Shown here in pieces: positions 1 through 11,469 of a stretch of DNA of 32,139 nt. Source of the stretch: Octopus sinensis (Eukaryota). The notes beneath the pieces were generated by a model. It did not search any database and was not told where the DNA came from. It was given only the letters and a program-made list of their open reading frames with translations. The stretch covers positions 1-32,139 of the forward strand of contig NW_021829652.1 in assembly GCF_006345805.1 (NCBI RefSeq). The letters are read 5' to 3'. Every line of letters begins with the position of its first letter. The first letter of the stretch is position 1. Both the position numbers and the translations under genes were made by a program.

Positions 1-112
1 ACTATTTTTTCTTTTTTTCAATAAAATGTTGGTTACTTTGCAATGTTCTAAACACTTCTGATTGCAGCAAAAATTAAGATAAGTAACACAAGAACTGATG
101 ACTTTATCTTAA

Positions 113-859
113 TCTCTCTCTATATATATAAAGCTGAAGTTGTTCTGTGTATGGGCGGGTTTGTGTAGTCTTCAACTAATACTTATTTATTTACTGCCCA
201 CAAGGGGCTAAACATAGAAGGGGACAAACAAGGACTGACAAACGGATTAAGGTCGATTCATCGACCCCAGTGCGTACTGGTAGTTATTTAATCGACCCCC
301 TAAAGGATGAAGGCAAGTCGACCTCGGCGGAATTGAACTCAGAACGTAAACGGCATACGAATACCTATTTCTTTATTACCACACAAGGGCTAAACATAGA
401 GGGGACAAACAATGACAGAACATAGGTATTAAGTCGATTACATCGACTCCATTGCGTAACTGGTAGTTATTTAATCGACCCAAAGGATGAAAGGCAAAGT
501 CGACCTCGGCGGAATTTGAACTCAGAACGTAACGGCATACGAAATACCTATTTCTTTATTACCCACAAGGGGCTAAACATAGAGAGGACAAACAATGACA
601 GACATAAGTTTTAAGTCGATTACATCGACCCCAGTGCGTAACTGGTACTTATTTAAATCGACCCCGAAAGGATGAAAGGTCAAAGTCGACCTCGGCGGAA
701 TTTGAACTCAGAACGTAACGGCAGACGAAAAATACCGCTAAGCATTTCGCCGGCGTGCAAACGTTTCTGCCAGCTCGCCGCCTTCAACTAATACTGTCCT
801 CCTCCGAACCCTGCGGCGCAAGTTGACCAAAATTGAGAGTATGATAGAAGAAGGCTTGC
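113..859 (+). mobile_element. Non-autonomous Helitron H1, 5' part, interrupted by a SINE A array and 3'-truncated at a (CA)n tract
   Basis: Starts A|TCTCTCTCTATATATATAAAGCTGAAGTTG. 113-183 and 782-859 match the reverse complement of the complete copies at 5280-5676 and 8339-8732. Confidence 0.8.
184..781 (-). mobile_element. SINE A trimer (tRNA-like head plus three ~185-bp modules)
   Basis: Head GGCGGCGAGCTGGCAGAAACG with A-box-like and B-box-like (GTTCAAATTCC) motifs. GAACTCAGAACGT recurs at ~335, 518 and 704. Flanked by the direct repeat CTTCAACTAATACT (170-183 and 782-795). Confidence 0.9.
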
Positions 860-927
860 ACACACACACACACACAACACACACACCACCACACACACAC
901 ACACACACACACATACATATATATATA

Positions 928-969
<42 letters not shown>

Positions 970-1379
970 GTAGAAAAATACAAACTGGGACAAGAACGTA
1001 AAACATTTAGAAGACTATGCAAAAAACACGGACGCGACATTCGAAGCTTTCAATCTTCAGTCAAGAACCGGATCATCCTCGCAATTTCGGCTGATTAATC
1101 TTGAGATTGCTCCAATCTGGTCAGCCCCAAAGAAAAACTAAGCTACGAGCATTATATTTCTTGGGAAAAGCATCGAATGTTACGAAACAAGGACAGAAAA
1201 ACGGACGATGCCACACGAATATAAATACAAAAAACAATAATAGTAATAAACAGGACAAAAAACAGCGGGTGTTTACGACTATAGACAGTACAACTACAAC
1301 TTATTTTAGCTGGCGTATTTGGAAAAAAAATGCCTTTTTCGGCAGATATAATATATATAATATATATTATATATATAAT

Positions 1380-1592
1380 GTTCCTCTCGAGCCACGCCAG
1401 GCTCATAAGGGCCGGTTTCCCGGTTTCAGTAAGTAGAAATTCCCCACCCACCTGGACGGGCCGGCCCGTCGCAGGATTACTCATTTTTACCCGCTGAGTG
1501 GACTGGAGCTACGTGAAAATGAAGTGTTTTGCTCAAGAACACAACGCGTTGCCCGGTCCGGGAATCGAAACCACAACCCTACGATCATGAGT
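1380..1592 (-). mobile_element. SINE C-related element, 5'-truncated
   Basis: Minus strand has GGTTTCGATTCCCGG (B box) and GTTGTGTTCTTGAGCAAAACAC, like the head of the 10516-10897 element, but a different tail (GAAACCGGGAAACCGGCCCTTATGAGCC). Confidence 0.7.
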
Positions 1593-1596
1593 TAAA

Positions 1597-1840
1597 TGGA
1601 TGAAATTTGAGTGAAAGGCAAAGTCGACTTTGCCTTTCATCCTTTCGGGGTCGATAAATTAAGTACCAGTTACGCACTGGGGTCGATATAATCGACTTAA
1701 TCCGTTTGTCTGTCCTCGTTTGTCCTCTCTGTGTTTAGCCCCTTGTGGGTAGTAAAGAAATAGGTATTTCGTCTGCCGTTTGAACCCAGAACATAACGGA
1801 AGACGAAATACGGCTACGCCATTTCGTCCGGCGTCATGAC
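1597..1840. mobile_element. Rearranged SINE A: minus-strand copy containing an inverted plus-strand module
   Basis: Minus-strand pieces at ~1597-1628 and ~1780-1835 flank a plus-strand module at 1629-1780. The left junction is a perfect 28-bp palindrome (1612-1639). Confidence 0.75.
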
Positions 1841-2110
1841 CCACACTTTCTGACGATTTCAAAAAAAAGTGCTAGAGGCAGATATTCTTGTGGGGAGGTC
1901 ACTAAAATAGGAATACACAACGACATACACACACACATGCACGCGTTCACATGCTACTTCGCTTCCCTAATTTTTTCAGTCTCAGAACGGTTTAAAGACA
2001 GATCCATCTGCGACATTCGGACACCACCGACATAAGTTACAGTGAGATCAAATTGCGCTGGAAACGGCGGAATAAGTTTGAAAAATTGTTAGGAATTAAT
2101 GCTCTTTTAA

Positions 2111-2258
2111 TTATTTCAGTCAATTGTAAGCCTAGTACTTATTCTATCGGTCTCTTTTGCCGAACCGCTAAGTTACGGGGACGTAAACGCACCAGCATCG
2201 GTTGTCAAGCGATGTTGAAGGGACAAACACAGACACACAAACATATACAGACACACAC

Positions 2259-2289
<31 letters not shown>

Positions 2290-2365
2290 CATATTATATA
2301 CATACATATATATACATATATATATACATATATTACATACATACATATATATACATATATATATA

Positions 2366-2406
<41 letters not shown>

Positions 2407-2891
2407 ATAAGACGGGGCTTCTTTCAGTTTCCGTCTACCAAGTCCACTCACAAGGCTTTGGTCAGCCCGAAGGTTATAGTAGAAGACACTTGCCCAAGGT
2501 GCCATGTAGTGGGACTGAACCCGGACCCATGTGGTTAGCAAGCAAGCTTCTACTATAGCACCGTCTTTAGTCGAGCAAATCGACTAGTACTCATTCTATC
2601 GGTCTCTTATGCCGAACCGCTAAGTTACGGGGACGTAAACACACCAGCATCGGTTGTCAAGGGATGTTGGAGGGACAAACTCAGACGCACAAACATACAC
2701 ACACACATATATATATATATACATATATGCGACGGGCTTCTTTCAGTTTCCGTCTACCAAATCCACTCACAAGGCTTTTGTCGGCCCGAGGTTATAGTAG
2801 AAGACACACGCCCAAGGTACCACGCAGTGGGCTGAACCCGGAACCATGTGGTTGGTAAGCAAGCTACTTACCACACAGCCACTCCTGCGCC
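2111..2891 (-). mobile_element. Two tandem SINE B copies (2111-2553 and 2557-2891)
   Basis: Head GGCGCAGGAGTGGCTGTGTGG (A box) and GGTTCAGTCCC (B box), central GGCACCTTGGGCAAGTGTCTTCTACTATAG, internal TA/CA microsatellite and shared 3' module. Confidence 0.9.
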
Positions 2892-2984
2892 TATTAGGAT
2901 ATAGGCGTGTTATTTTTTTGTGTACGAGCATTCCGGGTAAGTACCATATGGGATTGCGGGGCTAATGCACCTCTTCTTGAAAAA

Positions 2985-3060
2985 TGCCCAAGGTGCCACG
3001 CAGTGGGACTGAACCCGGAACCATGTGGTTCGTAAGCAAGCTACTTACCACACAGCCACT
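2985..3060 (-). mobile_element. SINE B head fragment
   Basis: Matches the 5' ~75 bp of the other SINE B copies. Confidence 0.85.
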
Positions 3061-3179
3061 GTGATCATACACACAGTGTGTGGAAGGTGTTTATTGAAAT
3101 GTCAAATGGTTAATGTTATCAAGAATCTTCGTCATAATAAATAGCTTCCACTGAATATGTGTTAAGCGTGCACGCATCT

Positions 3180-3208
3180 GTGTGTGTGTATGTGTGTATG
3201 TGTGGTAT

Positions 3209-3265
<57 letters not shown>

Positions 3266-3585
3266 AATATAAGTCAGTTTTTAAAAGCAATCTATGTAGG
3301 GAACTTCGTACATTTCTGTAGGGTTTGTTACAAATTTATATTAATAGATTGAAATTTGATGCACTTACGACTATTAGTTTTCTTCACTAAACGATTTACT
3401 ACTGTCAGTCAGTGAAATAAGATGTGTGAGACACGTTTGTATTACCGTACAATGTAGCGCAGAAAACGCCATTGTATAAGCAGGTTAGCAATTCATAAAT
3501 GATCTGATATAAGTTGGGAAAAATTATACATCACAACAAAGTCATCTGTCGTTAGACGGTTTTTCTTTGTAATGTAGGATAATAG

Positions 3586-3650
<65 letters not shown>

Positions 3651-3721
3651 ATATATGTTGCAGATAAGTACTTTTTGCACATGTACATCTATACACGTAT
3701 ATACACCTATACACGCATACT

Positions 3722-3773
<52 letters not shown>

Positions 3774-3836
3774 AATACATATATATAATGTGCATCTATT
3801 TATCTGTCTATCCCTCTATCTTCTCTCTCTCTCTCC

Positions 3837-3870
<34 letters not shown>

Positions 3871-3878
3871 CTCTCTCC

Positions 3879-3911
<33 letters not shown>

Positions 3912-4018
3912 TATCTACTATCTATCTATCTGTCTGTCTGTCCGTCTGTCTCTGTCTATCTATCTATTTATCAGTCTATATTATATTTATATATCATGTA
4001 TGTATGTATGAATGTATG

Positions 4019-4057
<39 letters not shown>

Positions 4058-4272
4058 TATACACGAGATTGCATACAAACATACATACATATATATATAT
4101 TAGTGTATGTACGTATAGGTGCATATATGTTGTATGTGTATATATATTATATATATATATATCTATATATGGGGAGGGTGTATCTATATCTATCTTTTAT
4201 ATAATACATTTATACGTTTGTGCATATATATGTACACACAATGCTCAACTCTTCAATTTTCAGCACTCATGC

Positions 4273-4300
<28 letters not shown>
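3180..4300. repeat. Compound microsatellite field: (TG)n, (GA)n, (TA)n, (CT)n, (TATC)n, (CA)n
   Basis: Directly visible runs, e.g. (GT)n at 3589-3648 and (TATC)n at ~3880-3930. Confidence 0.95.
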
Positions 4301-4303
<3 letters not shown>

Positions 4304-4578
4304 GACAATAAAAACATCTGTGACCCACGCTGGACAATGCAAACTAAAAGAAAAAAGAAGGACAACAGAAAGCGCCAGCTCTACAATTTCCTCTCGAAAG
4401 GTAACACTCGTTATTTGAACTGGTCGGCAAACTGGCAACAGATTGAATCGACCGCAGAGCATACTTGAATCGTATAAGACCGTTCCGGTTGAGAAATTAT
4501 CGTCTGAATGATATTATTTACAGTAACATGTCAAGGCGAGGATATCAAAAAGGGCAGACACAGTAAATATCACCGATA

Positions 4579-4616
<38 letters not shown>

Positions 4617-4622
<6 letters not shown>

Positions 4623-5003
4623 TTGTTTCAGTCATTTGACTGCGGCCATGCTGGAGCACCGCCTTTAATCGAGCAACTCGACCCCGGACTTATTCTTTTG
4701 TAAGCCCGTACTTATTCAATCGTCTCTTTTGCCGAACCGCTAAGTAACGGGGACATAAACACACCAGCATCGGTTGTCAAGCAATGCTAGGGGGACAACC
4801 ACACACACACACACAACACACACACATACATATACATATATATACATATATACGACGGGCTTCTTTCAGTTTCCGTCTACCCATTCCCTCACATGGCTTT
4901 GGTCGGCCCGATGCTATAGTAGAAGACACTTGCCCAAGGTGCCACGCAGTGGGACTGAACCCGGAATCATGTGGTTGGTAAACAAGCTACTTACCACACA
5001 GCC
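4617..5003 (-). mobile_element. SINE B, near full length
   Basis: Colinear with 25069-25489. Confidence 0.9.
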
Positions 5004-5076
5004 GCTATCAAGTTGTTAAGGCTGATACGAAGCTCTGATATCGAGATGAGTCTGATTTATGTTATATTTTATAAAC

Positions 5077-5279
5077 GGGGTGCTGAGTTGGCAGAACGTT
5101 TGGTGCGTCGTACAAAATGCTTTGTGGTATATCTTCTGACTTGAAATCCCAACGAAGTCAATTTTTCTTTCCATCCTTTCGATGCTGTCGGGGTAAAATA
5201 AAGTACCAGTAATATACTGGAGTCAATCGAGTAATCGACTTGTTCCTTTCCCATCAAAATTTCTGGCTTTGTGCTAAAA
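5077..5279 (+). mobile_element. Old SINE A variant (type-2 tail), interrupted by a Helitron
   Basis: Degenerate head and TTCCATCCTTTCG...AAAGTACCAG core. The tail GTGCTAAAA resumes as TTAGAATC at 5677. Confidence 0.7.
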
Positions 5280-5676
5280 CTAGCAGTATTGCCCGGCGTT
5301 GCTCGGGTTTGTTTCGACCCTTTAGAATTGGAATTTTTGAAAAGTAAAAATTTTGCGTGATGTAGCTTGTTATTCTCTTTAAGTGAACATTTTTCTGGTT
5401 GAAATACACCGAAAAAATGGCGACACAGCAGTCAAAAAATCGTAAAAAATAGGGATTTTCATAGAAAAAAGGCACCTTTTTGATGTAAATAATTTTTGGT
5501 GTTAACCTGGTCCGATTTGAATTTTTTCTTCTACGGAAGGAAGAGCAAGCCTTCTTCTATCATACTGTCAATGTTGGTCAACTTGCGCCGCAGGGTCTCG
5601 GAGGAGATAGTGTTAGTTAGTTGAAGGCTACCAAACTTGCCACACACAGACAACCTCAGCTTTATATAGAGAAAGA
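5280..5676 (-). mobile_element. Non-autonomous Helitron H1, complete
   Basis: Minus strand reads A|TC...CCCGAGCAACGCCGGG (hairpin)...CTAG|T with no TSD. These are the canonical Helitron termini and AT target. Highly similar to 8339-8732. Confidence 0.88.
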
Positions 5677-5904
5677 TTAGAATCTAAAAAGTTTTCTTGG
5701 TCATCTTGCTGTTTGCATTTTCAGTTTCTCCAGATATACAGATGTTGTGAAGGTTGTGCCATCATTAAAATCTATCAAACCAAGATGGTTCTCAATTTTG
5801 CTCAACTCCTTAGGTGAGCTTTCGGCATTTTGAAGATGCAAGGCGTTTTGTCAATAATGATGATTAAAAATTTGTGCGAACACTTGAATAATTGTTCAAA
5901 ATCC

Positions 5905-6480
5905 CATGTGTATATTCATTTCCAAAATGGCAACACTGTGCAGGCAAGTGGCTGGCTAGATTCTAAGATGATTCAGAACCAGAAAAATAGGATACCATGC
6001 TAATCCAATGGAGAAACTTTGTATTCAGTCGTCTGGATTTTTGCTCCCAACAGTCGTCACCGCAGAGCGTCAAAACGACGGCGGAACTCGAGGCAATCCA
6101 GCATCACTACATTAAGAAGAATGAGACGGTGCAACAGATGAGCTACAGGGAGAGGCTAAAGGAACTGAAGTTCTACTCCCTAGAGAGAAGACGTGAAAGG
6201 TATACCGTTAAACACATGGAAGATTCTAGAAATTATAGCCACCAACTTTGCTAGTTTGCATAGTAACAAAGATTTCGTCTTCATCTAGAATTTAAAAAAG
6301 CCCAGTGCTGTAACAACTATTCAGCATTTTGCCAGACAACGTCAGAGATTTTCGAAGCGTAGATGTGGTCTTCAAAGAACATCTTGACAAATTTCCATCA
6401 GAGATACCGGATGAACCCACATCACGGCAGAAGACACAAAGAAGGGCAGCATTTAATAAGTTTGAATAAACTCTTATCAC
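5905..6480 (+). mobile_element. CR1-like LINE 3' ORF2 remnant (pseudo-ORF with stops and frameshifts)
   Basis: Translates to ...G*ILR*FRTR..., FSRLDFCSQ...QQMSYRERLKELKFYSLERRRERY and LFSILPDNVRD...VFKEHLDKFPSEIPDEP, typical of the CR1-group region downstream of the RT. Confidence 0.8.
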
Positions 6481-6589
6481 ACAATGATGCTCTATCGCAC
6501 CTCTCACATTAGAAATACAATTATTTTGAATTTGTTTCAGAAAATGATCTATATTTGTGGCGAGGAGGGTGAGGAGGCGCTAGGAATGT

Positions 6590-6639
6590 AGCCTGGGTCC
6601 CAAGGGGGGTGGCAGCCTGAAAATGCTTGGGAACTACTG
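6590..6639. mobile_element. Possible hAT/Charlie-like terminal remnant
   Basis: Ends GCTTGGGAACTACTG (reverse complement CAGTAGTTCCCAAGC), resembling CAGTGGTTCCCAA termini. No partner TIR found. Confidence 0.3.
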
Positions 6640-7016
6640 GGTTGATTTGACTGGAAATGTTTTCTTTTGGAAGCCTAATCTTGGATATTTGTGCGTGGTT
6701 ACAGAAGAAACCTCGTCCATGATGCGTGAGCAACGCGCCATTATGAATAATTTCACACGCAGGTGTTGAATAGTCATGCACTCATCGTTATTGTGTTACG
6801 AGACACCATCGCTGAAACACAAAGCCCTGACTACAGATAAGAACGGACAACAGCTTGACTACATTATCTCTATCTGGATACTGTAGACAGATTGTACTCA
6901 CTACCAGCACACCGTTTGTACCACGTACAACCAATCTGACTCTACTTTCTACCAACAGTCGGTCTAAATCTTCTGCTCCCAAGTCTGACTGTACCATCTG
7001 CCTCCACTATAATTAA

Positions 7017-7135
7017 GGCGGCGAGCTGGCAGAATCGTTAGCACGTCGGGCAAAATGCTTAGCAGCATTTCTTCGATCTATACGTTCTGAGATCAAATGC
7101 CACTGAGAGTCCTTTACCTTTTATCCTTTCAGTCC
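7017..7135 (+). mobile_element. SINE A 5' fragment
   Basis: GGCGGCGAGCTGGCAGAATCGTTAGCACG head with a degenerate core. Confidence 0.8.
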
Positions 7136-7296
7136 AATAGGACCCTGTACGACCATTCTCAGCACCCACATCGAGGTGCCAGCCTAGATATTCTCATGGT
7201 ATTTGGGAACGAAATTTATTTAAGGAGAGCAAAATCCAAGTGATTATTTTTACAAATAAAGTCAATTTTTTCAGTCTTAATCAAAACAAGCACATT

Positions 7297-7393
7297 TAAT
7301 AATAAAAATAATAATAACAACAGCAACAACAATAACAATAATAATAATAAAATATGATAATAATAATAATGATAATAATAATAATGATAATGA

Positions 7394-7424
<31 letters not shown>

Positions 7425-7485
7425 TAAAAATAATAATAATCTAATAATAATAATAATAAAAAAATAATAATAATAATAATAAAAA

Positions 7486-7522
<37 letters not shown>

Positions 7523-7551
7523 TAATAATCATAATAAACATAGTAATATAT

Positions 7552-7589
<38 letters not shown>

Positions 7590-7600
7590 GTAGTAGTAGT
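7297..7600. repeat. (AAT)n/(AAC)n/(TAG)n trinucleotide tract
   Basis: Directly visible. Confidence 0.95.
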
Positions 7601-7602
7601 AG

Positions 7603-7794
7603 TGACAGCATGACGCAGAATGTGACAAGGCTGGTCCTTCTGAATTACTGGTACTCCTCATCTTTACTAGCTGACTGCACTGGAGTAATGTGAAATAAAG
7701 TGACTTGCTCAAGGACGCAACGTGCCGTCAGGAATCGAATTCATGATCCTACGATCATGAGCAGATTAGCCCTAACCACTAAGACACTCGCCTT
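7603..7794 (-). mobile_element. Degenerate SINE C-family copy
   Basis: CCCTAACCACT, GGAATCGAA, CTTGCTCAAGGACGCAACG and GTGACAAGGCTGG are shared with 10516-10897 and 1380-1592. Confidence 0.65.
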
Positions 7795-7811
7795 TGCAAC
7801 TTTATCTAGTA

Positions 7812-8736
7812 CTAGCTTAAAAGCCGCACTTTGTGTGGACATTTAAGGTAGTTCCTACGGTGTGCTAATTGGGTCTGCGGCCCAGAACTGACGAGAGCTA
7901 AATGGCATCGCTATAATACGTCTATAATGACTATAGGCCCCCAGTGGTCATTGATCAGAGGTTAAGGACGGATGAGAATTAATTCTGTAATGCAATCATT
8001 CTTTATTGTTCCAGTTCCAAGCTGAATTCCAACTGTGGGTCAATTTCTCCCAACGTTCTTATCTCGACGAAAAAGTAACGGAGCGAACGCCATTTATCTC
8101 CCCTTTGATCTCTGACGTCATCTGACAAAGGTAACTATGCGCTACCTGCTAGGAATAGCAACCCAAATTCATTTAAATCAGATCCCAATGCTGGATGTTC
8201 AAGAACCAAATGAAGGGCAGAATTTCAATCCCAGGATCATCGTGATTCCAAGAAGGTATATGTCTATGTAGTGCAAGTGTAGGCTGAGATTCAGGGGTCC
8301 TGGACGCACGGACAGACAGATTTTCGCTTTAATTAATACTAGCAGTATCGCCCGGCGTTGCTCGGGTTTGTTTCGACCCGTTAGAATTGGAATTTTTGAA
8401 AAGTAAAAATTTTGCATTATGTAGCTTGTTATTCTCTTTAAGTGAACATTTTTCTGGTTGAAATACACCGAAAAATGGCGACCCAGCAGTCAAAAAATCG
8501 TAAAAAATAGGGATTTTCATAGAAAAAAAAGGCACCTGTTTGATGTAAATAATTTTTGGTGTTAACATGGTCCGATTTGAATTTTTTCTTCTACGGAAGG
8601 AAGAGCAAGCCTTCTTCTATTATACTCTCCATTTTGGTTAACTTGCGCTACAAGGTCTCAGAGGAGATAGTGTTAGTTGAAGGCTACCAAACCTGCCATA
8701 CACAGACAACTTCAGCTTTATATAGAGAGAGATGGA
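7812..8736 (-). mobile_element. Non-autonomous Helitron H2 hosting a nested H1
   Basis: Minus-strand 3' end: CCACACAAAGTGCGG hairpin then CTTTTAAGCTAG|T at 7812. Removing 8339-8732 restores the 5' end A|TCCATATTAATTAAAGCGAAAATCTGTCTGTCCG. Confidence 0.65.
8339..8732 (-). mobile_element. Non-autonomous Helitron H1, complete
   Basis: A|TC...hairpin...CTAG|T. Second full copy. Confidence 0.88.
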
Positions 8737-9358
8737 TGACAAACGAAAACATACGTAGATTCCCACGTCAGTTCGTAAAGTTTGGTAAAGTTTGAGAAAG
8801 AGCCTTGTATAAATGATATGAAGGAACTCAGAAGTGATCCGAACACAACGATGTTTGTATCAATCGTCCCAGCAGCTTTGCGCCTTCGATGGAAAGCACA
8901 TGTGTGATGGATACGAACTCTCTGACATGAAAAAAAATAAATAAATAAAACAAGACACCCCTCCCACCCAGACATAAAAAAAAAAATCCCTGACTCTTAC
9001 AAGGTCAATAGAACATCAAAAGAGCGACTGTGAATGCAGTTCAATAAAATTGATCCAAATTTCCATTGAAATACACAGGGTGTGTACAGAAATCGTTGAA
9101 TAACATAACGACGCCATTACAACCTTAGCAAGGCCGAATCTAATGTCTAACGTCGAATATTATTTCATTTCATAACTACTGACTTTTATTATTAATTTTT
9201 TTTTTTTAGCTCGTCAGATTGTTGTTGGTTTTTTTTTCTTTTCTTTTCCTTTTGCAATTTTGCTTTCCCGTGAAAAGACTCATTGTCATCATTGAGCAGT
9301 GGCCGGTCGCATGCACTTTTAAGCGTCTCTGCTTGTGTGAATTTGCGTGTGTGTGTGT

Positions 9359-9412
<54 letters not shown>

Positions 9413-9532
9413 TGTGTGTGTGTGTGTGCAATGGCTTGTGCGTGCGTGCGTTCGTGCGTGCATGTGTATGTATGCGTGTGCGTGGCATATATACATATGC
9501 ACATATATACATATGTATACATATATAATATA

Positions 9533-9811
9533 TATTTCTTTACTACCCACAAGGAGCTAAACACAGAGGGGGACAAACAAGGACAGACAAACGGATTAAG
9601 TCGATTATTATCTTTATTGTTCCAGTTCCAAGCTGAATTCCAACTGTGGGTCAATTTCTCCCAACGTTTTTATCTCGACGAAAAAGTAACGAAGCGAATG
9701 TCATTTATCTCCCCTTTGATCTTTGACGTAACTGGTACTTAATTTATCGATCCCGAAAGGATGAAAGGCAAAGTCGACATCGGCGGGATTTGAACTCAGA
9801 ACGTAGCGACA
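9533..9811 (-). mobile_element. SINE A (type-1 tail) carrying a 119-bp foreign insert; head cut off by SINE B
   Basis: SINE A sequence at 9533-9608 and 9730-9811. The insert at 9611-9729 matches 8000-8118. Confidence 0.85.
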
Positions 9812-9812
9812 G

Positions 9813-10048
9813 GGCGCAGGAGTGACTGTGTGGTAAGAAGCTTGCTTCCCAACCACGTTGTTCTGGGTTCAGCCCGTATGCGTGGCACCTTGGGCAATCT
9901 CTTCTACTATAGTCACGGTCTGACCAAAGCCTTGTACTAGGCTTACAAAGAATAAGCCCTGGGGTCGATTTGCTGGACTAAAGGCTGCGCTCCAACGTGG
10001 CCGCGGTCAAATGATTGAAACAAGTAAAAGAATAAAAAATAAAAGAAT
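9813..10048 (+). mobile_element. SINE B with internal deletion
   Basis: Head is joined directly to the 3' module at CCTTGT|ACTAGG. Confidence 0.85.
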
Positions 10049-10081
10049 CTAAACATATATGTATGTGTATGTATACATATG

Positions 10082-10114
<33 letters not shown>

Positions 10115-10137
10115 CTAGTGTGTATTTATATGCATAC

Positions 10138-10182
<45 letters not shown>

Positions 10183-10200
10183 CACACACACACATATATA

Positions 10201-10338
10201 GGCGCAGGAGTGGCTGTGTGGTAAGTACCTTGCTTACCAACCACCAACCACATGGTTCCGGGTTCAGTCCCACTGCGTGCCTCCTTGGTCAAGTGTCTTC
10301 TACTGTAGCCTCGGGCCGACCGAAGCCTTGTGAGTAGA
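10201..10338 (+). mobile_element. SINE B 5' part
   Basis: Head plus central domain. Confidence 0.85.
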
Positions 10339-10515
10339 TATATATATAATATATACTTTGGCCGTAACCTGCAATCAAGCATGATTCTTGAAGGACGTTT
10401 GATGACTATGGCCACTGTCTCTTCTCTTTCTTGTGGGTAACACAAAAAGGAACACCTTCCGAAAGGATGAGGCCTAATCAAAATCCTTTCAGCCTTCATC
10501 TGCATCATCTATCTT

Positions 10516-10897
10516 GGAAGCACTCCGTCGGTTACGACGATGAGGGTTCCAGTTGATCCGAATCAACGGAACAGCCAGCTCGTGAAATTAACGTGTAAGT
10601 GGCTGAGCACTCCACAGACACGTGTACCCTTAACGTAGTTCTCGGGGATATTCAGCGTGACACAGAGAGTGACAAGGCCGGCCCTTTGAAATACAGGTAC
10701 AACAGAAACAGGAAGTAAGAGTGAGAGAAAGTTGTGGCGAAAGAGTACAGCAGGGATCACCACCATCCCCTGCAGGAGCCTCGTGGAGCTTTAGGTGTTT
10801 TCGCTCAATAAACACTCACAACGCCCGGTCTGGGAATCGAAACCGCGATCCTATGACCGCGAGTCCGCTGCCCTAACCACTGGGCCATTGCGCCTCC
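10516..10897 (-). mobile_element. Full-length tRNA-derived SINE C with 11-bp TSD
   Basis: Minus strand starts GGAGGCGCAATGGCCCAGTGGTTAGG (A box) and has GGTTTCGATTCCC (B box). TCATCTATCTT occurs at 10505-10515 and 10898-10908. Confidence 0.92.
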
Positions 10898-11278
10898 TCA
10901 TCTATCTTACTGATGTTATCAAACACGAAAACCCTGCGTAATGTTCTTGATAATGGGTTTGGTAAACAAACTTAATTTGTCTCTCAGAACGCAGCAATTG
11001 TCCAGCACAATCCACGGGGTTGGCGACTAGTGAAACTATGATATATGTTTATGTAAAGCAGTGTCTGTTCAGATATGTGTTTTTACTTATACTTCCATGC
11101 ATCTGCTGCGGGTTACAAGCTGGAAGTACGCAACTCCGAGTCATACAAACCGACCAAGAATTTCTGGTTTGATCCTTAATGCTCCAACTGAATATTATTC
11201 GGGTGTATATGAAGAACTTCTTACTGAGAACATTTTGCCCGGCATGCTAACAATTGTGCCTGCTCGTAGCCGCCGCCA

Positions 11279-11309
<31 letters not shown>

Positions 11310-11433
11310 GCTACTACTGCTACTGCTACTACTACTACTACTATTCCTGCTGCTTCTACTACTACTACTACTACTGCTGTTACTACTACTGCTGCTACTG
11401 CTGCTGCTACTACTACTACTGCTACTGCTGCTG

Positions 11434-11469
<36 letters not shown>

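Noticed and set aside
184-781. CRISPR-like or satellite array
   Set aside because: The units are contiguous ~185-bp SINE modules with no unique spacers, in a eukaryotic context.
960-1345. Possible further interspersed repeat between microsatellites
   Set aside because: No second copy, termini or coding motif within the window.
5690-5900. Minus-strand open stretch QNAESSPKELSKIENHLGLIDFNDGTTF...
   Set aside because: Only ~45 codons, with no identifiable family or splice signals.
10820-10897. tRNA gene
   Set aside because: A and B boxes are present but the acceptor stem does not pair, and the sequence continues as a SINE body bounded by a TSD.
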